Below are positions 28,825 to 35,649 of a stretch of 43,887 bases of DNA, piece by piece. The notes under the pieces were generated by a model. It was given only the letters and a program-made list of their open reading frames with translations. It was not told where the DNA came from and made no database searches. The DNA lies in IMG/VR virus record IMGVR_UViG_3300032007_000048, positions 64,001 to 107,887 of that record; one strand, written 5' to 3'. The DNA is from a virus (taxonomy: Duplodnaviria; Heunggongvirae; Uroviricota; Caudoviricetes). The translations under genes and the position numbers were made by a program. Position 1 is the first letter of the stretch; each line of letters opens with the position of its first letter.

Positions 28825-28950
28825 TACTATGGTGACTTTCTTAATAAAGAAAAAACTGACAGTAGCATTGAATAGATGTTTAACAATATTATTAAGACTT
28901 TTCTTAATAATCGTTAATGGTGACAGAGTTCAGAATAATCTTTATTTTAC

Positions 28951-29760
28951 GGTGAGGTGGCAGAGTGGTCTAATGCAGCGGTCTTGAAAATATTTTCAAT
29001 TTTTTTCATACTATTTATATATAACAATACAAATATGTTAACGCTGATGTTAATGGCAGTTATAATATTATGAAAAAAAGCAGTCCCAAACGCATTTGCG
29101 AATGGGATAGAGGGTTTAGGAGTTAACCCATTAGTTTTAACTATAAAGAAATAATTTACTATTTTATTTCATACTCTTGAACAATGTGTAATTTGAGTGC
29201 GCTAAAAGAAATTTTAGATGTAGAACCTCCCTAATTCGGTGAAACCTTAACAGATAATGCTGATGGTAATACCGAGCCAATGTTAAGGTAACAACAGATT
29301 GCCGTTGTTTTAAAATAAGTGTAGTAAAGCCTACAGTGCCTTAGACAGTGTGTAGAGACGATATGGGAGGAACCTAAGTTGAAATTGTATAAGTGGAACT
29401 AGAATTAAAGAAGTGAATTGACACGATGCGTTTATACGAAGCTTGAAGGTGCTGAGGTAAACTTATACATCTTGCAAGGTTTCAATAAGGTTAAGATAGA
29501 GTCCAGACCACAAACAAAACAAACACTCACAAAACGTTGGGGAAACACTACGGAGAACATGAAAGCGATATATCGTGAGTATGCAGGTTGGCGTAGAGTA
29601 TAATTGTAGAGACGTTTTCGTAGTTAGATAATACTATGCCTCAGTTAAGTGGGGACATTCGAATAAATTGTGTTTCTTGTTTTGGTAGCGAAAGCTATAG
29701 TGGTAAGGAAAACCGCCGGTCGTGATGAGCGACCCCTGAGTTCGAATCTCAGTCTCACCG
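28951..29760 (+). tRNA. tRNA-Ser(TGA), split: exons 28951-28985 and 29708-29760
   Basis: Joined exons give GCGGT-CTT|GAAA-ACCGC, long variable arm, G73. Confidence 0.88.
28986..29707 (+). ncRNA. Group I intron (722 nt) after U34 of tRNA-Ser, with a ~200-nt insert in the P1 loop
   Basis: P 29232, Q 29268, R 29351, S AAGATAGAGTCC 29493; P3 CCTCCC/GGGAGG; terminal G. P7 is imperfect (GACGA vs GAGTC). Confidence 0.85.
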
Positions 29761-29772
29761 CGGAAAAAAATT

Positions 29773-29899
29773 CGGAAATTAGTGTAACAGTAACACGGTG
29801 ACTTTTTTATTTGCGTTTTTTGGAAAAAAAATGTACAGCAACATTCTGTTATAAAATTATTGGGTGTCACAGTTCAAGGTGCAAATCCTTGGTTTCCGA
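29773..29899 (+). tRNA. tRNA-Pro(TGG)-like gene with a 56-nt insert in the anticodon loop (function uncertain)
   Basis: Acceptor CGGAAAT/GTTTCCG-A, D arm GTGT/ACAC, anticodon stem GTGAC/GTCAC, T arm CAAGG-TGCAAAT-CCTTG. Confidence 0.6.
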
Positions 29900-29914
29900 C
29901 AAATTATCACATAT

Positions 29915-29951
29915 TTTGCTACATTTTCAAACCCTTTGAAAATGTAGCAAA
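29915..29951. repeat. Perfect 17-bp inverted repeat with 3-nt loop
   Basis: TTTGCTACATTTTCAAA-ccc-TTTGAAAATGTAGCAAA. Confidence 0.85.
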
Positions 29952-29975
29952 TTTTATGATAAAAACTTATAAATT

Positions 29976-30146
29976 AATTAGTTTCACATCCCAGTGATGG
30001 GTGATAGTTGGCATTAGAGTAATGGGTTATCCGGAAAAAATCACATTACACTTGCTGAGTGGTAATAATCGAAAGGCGCGCTAATAAAACGCCACTCCAT
30101 AGGCTTCTTGTTGAATTCATTGGCAGAGATGGAACAGAAACTAATT
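29976..30146 (+). ncRNA. Unidentified multibranch structured RNA candidate
   Basis: 10-bp closing stem AATTAGTTTC/GAAACTAATT; internal GTAATG/CATTAC, GAGTGG/CCACTC, TCCAT/ATGGA. Confidence 0.45.
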
Positions 30147-30152
30147 ATTTTT

Positions 30153-30225
30153 CGGGATGTAGTTCAGTTGGTAGAACACTTGGTTTGGGACCAAGGGGTC
30201 GTACGTTCGAGTCGTATCATCCCGA
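30153..30225 (+). tRNA. tRNA-Pro(TGG)
   Basis: CTTGG-TTTGGGA-CCAAG; C1:G72, A73. Confidence 0.92.
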
Positions 30226-30235
30226 CAAAATTTAT

Positions 30236-30310
30236 AGTCATATGGTGTAATTGGTTAACATGCCACCCTGTCACGGTGGAGATTTACGGGTTCGAACCCC
30301 GTTATGACTG
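30236..30310 (+). tRNA. tRNA-Asp(GTC)
   Basis: CCACC-CTGTCAC-GGTGG; G73. Confidence 0.92.
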
Positions 30311-30404
30311 CTCATATTGGAGCATGGTGATTTTTCTTTTTTTTGAACAACTTATAGTTCAAAACTTGATTTTTTCACATTTTTCTGTATATTTATATAA
30401 AAAA

Positions 30405-31232
30405 ATGGTTATGTTTATAGATATAAGTAATGATGATAAAAAACATAAAGTATATGAACTATTCAAGTCATTTTCTACCAAAAAAGAAATTTATGAATAT
30501 TATGGTGTTTGTAGCAATACTGCAAATATAAGATATATCAATAAGGTAGCAGAAGAAATTGGTTTTGATTTTGGTTGGTATAAAGAAAAGAAAAAACGTT
30601 ATTGTGTTAAATGTGGTAAGGAATTAATCTCTGGGCAAAAAAAGTTTTGTTCATCGTCTTGTGCTGCTTCTTTTAATAATAAAAATAGAGTCTTAAGTAC
30701 CGAAACAAAAGAAAAGATATCTTTGAAACTAAGAACTAATACTCTAACAAATAGAAAAAGGAACGGTTCCGGATATAAACAAAATCTTTATACATTTAAA
30801 GAGAGGCTTTTTAGGGAAGGGATAAAAGAGCGAAAATGTGAAAGGTGTGGTATTACGGAGTGGATGGGTGAAAAAATTGTTTTACAATTGCATCATATTG
30901 ACGGAAATAAACAAAATAATGCAATTGACAATATACAAATACTCTGTCCAAACTGTCATTCTCAGACCGATAATTTTTGTGGAAAAAACATAGCAACAAA
31001 TAAGGAAATAACTTGTTGTAAAGGTTGTGGTAAACCACTAGCATATAGGACAGTTCATGGTTATTGTCTTACATGTTACAGAGAAAGACTTGATACCGTA
31101 AAACACAAACCAGAAAAAGAAACATTAGCAAATGATTTCTTAGAAATAAAAACATTTGCAGGACTTGCGAGAAAATATTCCGTAAGCCCAACAACAGTGA
31201 AAAGATGGCTTATTGATTATGGAATAATTTAA
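30405..31232 (+). CDS. Free-standing HNH endonuclease
   Basis: CERCG...LQLHHIDGNKQNNAIDNIQILCPNCHSQT. Start moved from 30108 (which overlaps two tRNAs) to ATG 30405. Confidence 0.88.
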   Translation: MVMFIDISNDDKKHKVYELFKSFSTKKEIYEYYGVCSNTANIRYINKVAEEIGFDFGWYKEKKKRYCVKCGKELISGQKKFCSSSCAASFNNKNRVLSTETKEKISLKLRTNTLTNRKRNGSGYKQNLYTFKERLFREGIKERKCERCGITEWMGEKIVLQLHHIDGNKQNNAIDNIQILCPNCHSQTDNFCGKNIATNKEITCCKGCGKPLAYRTVHGYCLTCYRERLDTVKHKPEKETLANDFLEIKTFAGLARKYSVSPTTVKRWLIDYGII

Positions 31233-31240
31233 CTGTGTAA

Positions 31241-31325
31241 GCGTCCATGGCGCAATTGGTAGCGCATCTGACTTTTAATCAGAGGGGTCCGTAAGGCGTT
31301 ATGGGTTCGAGTCCCATTGGACGCA
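31241..31325 (+). tRNA. tRNA-Lys(TTT) with a 17-nt variable region
   Basis: TCTGA-CTTTTAA-TCAGA then GGGGTCCGTAAGGCGTT before the T arm. Confidence 0.85.
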
Positions 31326-31348
31326 CAATTTTTAAAAATATTATTTAT

Positions 31349-31975
31349 GCTTCGGTAGCTCAGTGGATAGAGCAACTGCCTTTAAGTAATTGATAATCAA
31401 TTAATTAGGAGTGCACTAAAAGAAATTTTAGATGTAGAAACTTCCAAATTCGGTGAAAGCTAAGTATAAAATCAAATCAGACACTCTATATGAGTCGGAC
31501 AGGTGAAGAGTCCTGTTAATATATGCTAATACCGAACCAATGTTAAAAACAAATACTCACCTCGTTTGCAAAAGGTGTTAATTGGGAATGTAATGAAAAG
31601 GCGTTATTGCATAGAAGGCAAATATATGCAATTAAGCTACATTTCAGTATTTGTAATAGACAGTGTGTAGAGACTAGACGGAAGAAACCTAAGTTGAAAT
31701 TTGGATTTTAAAATTAAAACAAACTGTGCAGGAAAGCGACCTGCTATTCGGGGTAAGAACAAACCCTAATCCAATCTTGCAAGATTTCAATATGGTTAAG
31801 GGATAGTCCAGACCACAAACAATATAAAGACCCGAAATAAGAGGAACATAAAAGGGATGTTACGGAATGACTGCAATCCTCTTGTGCTGTAGGTCATTTT
31901 TAGTCTTATATTGGTAACGAAAGTTATAGTGGTAAGCTAAGCAGTTGGTCCTGCGTTCGAGTCGCAGCCGAAGTA
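31349..31975 (+). tRNA. tRNA-Arg(TCT), split: exons 31349-31382 and 31937-31975
   Basis: Joined exons give ACTGC-CTT|CTAA-GCAGT; acceptor GCTTCGG/CCGAAGT. Confidence 0.88.
31383..31936 (+). ncRNA. Group I intron (554 nt) after U34 of tRNA-Arg
   Basis: AAATTCGGTGAA, AATACCGAACC, TGTAGAGACTAG, AAGGGATAGTCC; P7 GACTA/TAGTC; P3 CTTCC/GGAAG; terminal G. Confidence 0.9.
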
Positions 31976-31982
31976 CAAAAAA

Positions 31983-32014
31983 TTTGTTTTTGTCAATTAA
32001 TATTTATATATTTG
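31983..32014 (+). promoter_or_regulatory. Bacteroidota sigma-A-type promoter
   Basis: TTTG (31983) N20 TATATTTG (32007-32014). Confidence 0.65.
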
Positions 32015-32139
32015 CAATGTAAGTTATTTGACAATGTTGAAAAATTAGAAACTAAACAATAGCAGAAATTCAATAGTTGTTTTATTGGTTCCATTATAAT
32101 AATGGCTGCTCATATTCTATTAAGTAATTTTTAGAATGA

Positions 32140-32410
32140 AAATACTAGTTAGTCATATGGGTGTGTTGTGGACTATATGACCTTGGCATGTGAGGTTAAC
32201 GCAGAATAACGGAATACGATTGACATGCATCCGTTTTTTGAAAAATGAAGTTGTTGGGGATTAGCATATTTCCTTAGCCAACACACTATAGAATGAGCCA
32301 TTCTTGATGTTGAAAGGAAAACCTACACGGTTAGGTAGAGGACTGGCCAAAACAAAAATGGTTGTGGCTAAACCGTTAATATCTTTTTTGTACTATCAAG
32401 TAGTTTTTTA
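32140..32410 (+). ncRNA. Pseudoknot-rich structured RNA candidate
   Basis: No ORF; consecutive hairpins and two crossing pairings (see findings). Confidence 0.5.
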
Positions 32411-32421
32411 GATATTTTTTT

Positions 32422-32484
32422 AGGAAACATACAGCAAATTATTTTATTGAAATTGTCATTTTCAAACAAAAATGTTTCCTGTTA
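32422..32484 (+). ncRNA. ACAGCAA stem-loop element, copy with an Asp-like anticodon hairpin
   Basis: AGGAAACAT-ACAGCAA...ATGTTTCCT-GTTA enclosing TTGAAA-TTGTCAT-TTTCAA. Confidence 0.55.
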
Positions 32485-32758
32485 TTTTTCTATCATTAAG
32501 GTATGCAGAATTTGAATTTTCAATAGAAAGAAGTCCTGTTGGGTTATTCCTGTCAACCACATTAGAAGAAGAATATAGATTGGAGCAATGTATTTGGCTG
32601 GGGTGTGGTTAAAATTTGCGATGGGTATGCGTAGGTAAGCAACATTAATTCCAAATATAGGTGCGGAAGTAGCGTAAAGAGGTCGCATTGGGCTAATATA
32701 GTGAAAAGTCCCTCACAACATACTGTGACAACATGGAGGAATAAATGGGCGTATTTTT

Positions 32759-32833
32759 GGGAGTGTAGCTCAGTTGGTTTAGAGCATTTGACTTACATTC
32801 AAAGGGTCAGGGATTCGAATTCCTTCATTCCCA
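32759..32833 (+). tRNA. tRNA-Val(TAC)
   Basis: TTTGA-CTTACAT-TCAAA. Confidence 0.9.
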
Positions 32834-32841
32834 CAAAGAGA

Positions 32842-32940
32842 TACTTGAAAGGTAATCATTGATGATGAAAGTGGTGTACACACTTTTTAGGTGGTTTCAA
32901 CTGGGTAGCGGTGTGTTTGTGGATTCGCACGTTCAAGTAA
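32842..32940 (+). ncRNA. Degenerate cloverleaf, tRNA-Tyr-like
   Basis: TACTTGAA/TTCAAGTA closing stem, ATCA/TGAT hairpin, AAAGTG-GTGTACA-CACTTT; no canonical T loop. Confidence 0.4.
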
Positions 32941-33027
32941 CAACATAGAGAAGTTGCAAATTTTCTATGGCTCTCAGCATAAAAACGGTTCACGAATCTA
33001 GTCTAAAATCGTTTATTTTTAAATATT

Positions 33028-33101
33028 GCGGGGTGGAGCACAACGGTTAGTTCAAGGCACTCCAAGCCTGAGATGTCGGTTCGATTCCGATTGTCACCTC
33101 A
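33028..33101 (+). pseudogene. Degenerate tRNA (Gly-TCC-like)
   Basis: T arm GTCGG-TTCGATT-CCGAT, AGGC-ACTCCAA-GCCT; lacks U33 and has a distorted acceptor stem. Confidence 0.5.
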
Positions 33102-33236
33102 AATCCGAAAACAATTGCACATTGCAAGTAGGTGGTGGTATCCTGTTTATTAAAACAAACTAACCTAAGAACAAAATATTTTTAGGTTCAAGTCTTTTTT
33201 TCGCAACAAAAGACTATTTATAATAAAAACAATTTT

Positions 33237-34202
33237 ATGACTACCTTATATACACAAGAAGAATACAATTCATCTAAGTCAAGTGATTTATTGCCACTTA
33301 AATGTGAGCACTGCGGAAAAACTTTTTATGTACAAAAAAATCTTATTACACACGAACTAAACAATCTTCGTGGTAGATGTAAGTTTTGCTCAATGGATTG
33401 TTTTTATGAAAGTAAAAAAACTAGAATTAAAGTTTATTGTGAAAAATGCGGTAAAGAGTTCGAAATCAAGAAAAATGTTTATAATGATTCTAAAACAAAA
33501 CATTTTTTTTGCTCTCACTCATGTGCAGCATCTTTTAATAATGTTACGAGAGATGCAATGAGTGACGAAACAAAGGAAAAAATAAGGCAGTCTTTAAAAC
33601 AACATTATAAATCACTAAATAAGCAAGTAAATTTTGAAGAAAAAAAAGATGTTAAACACAGAGAAAGGAAAAAAAGAACATGCAAAGTTTGCGGAAAAAC
33701 GTATTATTATTCTACTCTGTTTCCAGGTACCACAAAAGTAGTATGTAGTAAAGAGTGTAGCGAAACGATAAAAAAGCATAAAAAAGAGTTTTTGTCACAA
33801 GAAACAATTGAAAAATTAAGAAATGCGGGTAAAAACTCTGCAAAATCTCAAGCAGATAAAAGGCGTTCGAAAAACGAAAAATATTTTTGCGAACTATGCG
33901 AAAAATATTTTAAGGATGTAAAACACAATGTTCCAATGTTTAACGGTTGGGATGCTGATGTAATAATTGAAGACATAAAAACTGCGATTTTATGGAACGG
34001 AAAATGGCATTATGAAAAAATTACAGAAAAGCATTCTATAGAACAAGTTCAAAAACGAGATTCAATAAAAATTGAAGAGATAATAAAAATGGGTTATAAG
34101 CCATACATCATAAAGGATATGGGTAAGTATAATCCTTTGTTTGTTGAAGAAGAATTTAAGAAATTTATTAAGGAAACACACAGCAAGTTTTTCATGGATT
34201 AA
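33237..34202 (+). CDS. Free-standing putative homing endonuclease (Cys-rich repeats plus PD-(D/E)XK-like C-terminus)
   Basis: CEHCGK, CEKCGK...FCSHSCAA, CKVCGK; WDADVII...AILWNGKWH; CTATTTAT at 33214. Confidence 0.7.
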   Translation: MTTLYTQEEYNSSKSSDLLPLKCEHCGKTFYVQKNLITHELNNLRGRCKFCSMDCFYESKKTRIKVYCEKCGKEFEIKKNVYNDSKTKHFFCSHSCAASFNNVTRDAMSDETKEKIRQSLKQHYKSLNKQVNFEEKKDVKHRERKKRTCKVCGKTYYYSTLFPGTTKVVCSKECSETIKKHKKEFLSQETIEKLRNAGKNSAKSQADKRRSKNEKYFCELCEKYFKDVKHNVPMFNGWDADVIIEDIKTAILWNGKWHYEKITEKHSIEQVQKRDSIKIEEIIKMGYKPYIIKDMGKYNPLFVEEEFKKFIKETHSKFFMD

Positions 34203-34282
34203 GAATTTTGTTCTTGGATACAAAAATTTGAGGTTTGCGGTTCAAATCCGTCCCGTCTTATGGACGTTAAATGTTTCCTGTA
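34171..34282 (+). ncRNA. ACAGCAA stem-loop element with tRNA-like interior, overlapping the end of the endonuclease ORF
   Basis: AGGAAACA-c-ACAGCAA...TGTTTCCT-GT; interior TTTTGT/ACAAAA hairpin and GCGG-TTCAAAT-CCGT T arm. Confidence 0.55.
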
Positions 34283-34346
34283 AAATTAACATCACTCGAA
34301 GAGCGTATGTTTTGGCTGGCCGCACTGCCGTAAATGCGGTATTTTT

Positions 34347-34423
34347 GGGGTAGTGGCTTCAATGGTACAGCAACACCCTTGCACGGTGTCATTTTGCAGG
34401 TTCGAATCCTGTCTATTCCACCA
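34347..34423 (+). tRNA. tRNA-Ala(TGC), CCA encoded
   Basis: ACACC-CTTGCAC-GGTGT; G3.U70. Confidence 0.9.
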
Positions 34424-34840
34424 AGTATACCACTTGTGAGGCTTCGAAGTCAAGTGGAGAACTAATTATAATATTTTAAAAGTACTAGTTAATTTTTGTA
34501 TATTATAATAAGGTTGTAAAAAGTTGGTGCAAATCCTGATACTTGACCAATACTGATTGTTGTGATGTTGCAGAACAGTTAAAAGAGCCAACATAGGTAT
34601 AGAGGGAAACTTAACCTTCTGAACTATTAATCGAGGATTATTCTCTTAATTGAAGGCATGATGTTAAGATAAAGGATAATTACAATTAGTTGTTTATAGA
34701 AAATTGTTCGACCCATGAAGGAGTGATGTTTTAGAGTATGTTCACCTGTACAGGGATAAACACAGGCATGTGGCGAGTTTTTTTGGTACACTTCTTAGAA
34801 CAAAAACAAAGAAAATTAACAAAACAGGTATTTTTTTTAT

Positions 34841-34913
34841 GGGGCTATCATCTAGTGGTCAAGGATATAGGATTTTCATTCCTATCACACGGTTTCGAAT
34901 ACCGTTGGCCCTA
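34841..34913 (+). tRNA. tRNA-Glu(TTC)
   Basis: TAGGA-TTTTCAT-TCCTA. Confidence 0.9.
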
Positions 34914-34925
34914 CAAATAAAATTA

Positions 34926-35066
34926 AGAAAACTAACAGCAACATTTTTATGTTTTTAAATTTTGTCCGCCATTTCAAATCCACAGGACAAATAGTTTAAT
35001 TGCAAAAACATCTAATGTAAATTAGAAGATAAGGTTGGAGTCCTAAAACTGTGGTAATGTTTTCTG
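34926..35066 (+). ncRNA. ACAGCAA stem-loop element with tRNA-like interior
   Basis: AGAAAAC-ta-ACAGCAA...GTTTTCT-G; interior CCACAG/CTGTGG, GTTT/AAAC, TCTAA-TGTAAA-TTAGA, AGG-TTGGAGT-CCT. Confidence 0.5.
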
Positions 35067-35080
35067 AATATTTTTAACAT

Positions 35081-35156
35081 GGAGTTATTGGTGTTAATGG
35101 TCGAAGCATGTCAGATTGTGGTTCTGAAGGAAAGAGTTCGAATCTCTTATAACTCC
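35081..35156 (+). tRNA. tRNA-His(GTG)
   Basis: TCAGA-TTGTGGT-TCTGA; encoded G-1:C73. Confidence 0.92.
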
Positions 35157-35213
35157 CAAATTTTTAGGTAAATGAACTATTTATTAGTAAATAAGGTTTA
35201 ATTAGAGTATAAT

Positions 35214-35453
35214 ATGGGTGAAAAAGCATTGGCAATAATAGGAACAATAGGTTTAATTCTTTTCAATGTATTAGTTGTGATGATGATTATCAATTTATTC
35301 GTACTTGAGAAAGTAAGTCTTTTTTGGTCATTACCATTAAGTATTGCGTTCTTAGGTTTCGGAATTTATTTTGATGTTATTGTAATTAAATGGTATATTA
35401 GCAAAATAAAAAAATATTTTAATAATAGAAAAAAGAAAGAAGAAAATGTTTAA
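35214..35453 (+). CDS. Small membrane protein (two hydrophobic segments)
   Basis: Hydrophobic 79-aa ORF with basic tail; CTATTTAT at 35177. Confidence 0.65.
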   Translation: MGEKALAIIGTIGLILFNVLVVMMIINLFVLEKVSLFWSLPLSIAFLGFGIYFDVIVIKWYISKIKKYFNNRKKKEENV

Positions 35454-35649
35454 AAATTTTTTTGAGAAATACAAGTTACAATTGTGGGCATTGTTTATCT
35501 TATTGTTAGATATTGCCGGAATATGTGGCATATATGTCAGTGGTTATCCAATGGGTATTTTAGTTTTTTTCATTGTAGGTTTGGTTATGGTTCCGTTTAA
35601 TTGGATAATTATCACCGCATTGAAAGACGAAAAAAAGAAAAAGAAGTAA
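35446..35649 (+). CDS. Small membrane protein (two hydrophobic segments)
   Basis: Hydrophobic 67-aa ORF overlapping the previous stop. Confidence 0.65.
   Translation: MFKNFFEKYKLQLWALFILLLDIAGICGIYVSGYPMGILVFFIVGLVMVPFNWIIITALKDEKKKKK

Noticed and set aside
29803-29865. Fourth group I intron in tRNA-Gln (insert ending in G after U35)
   Set aside because: No P/Q/R/S core in 56 nt, and the acceptor identity elements favour Pro, in which register the insert does not end in G. Kept as an unexplained insert.
30108-30404. N-terminal extension of the HNH ORF from the track
   Set aside because: Overlaps tRNA-Pro and tRNA-Asp; ATG 30405 follows an ATATTTAT motif.
31349-31390. Ochre suppressor tRNA (CT-TTA-AG read in the unspliced gene)
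   Set aside because: The stem does not close there; the 3' exon at 31937 gives anticodon TCT.
32050-32090. Fifth ACAGCAA-type element (AAACAA-TAGCAGA...TTGTTT)
   Set aside because: Core motif differs and no CTG follows the stem.
33178-33190. Self-target of the cis TnpB guide (TTTTAGGTTC match)
   Set aside because: Only 10 nt of AT-rich identity, expected by chance in 44 kb.
35581-35591. Self-target of the orphan guide (TGGTTATGGTT match)
   Set aside because: 11-nt low-complexity match that stops abruptly; not distinguishable from chance.
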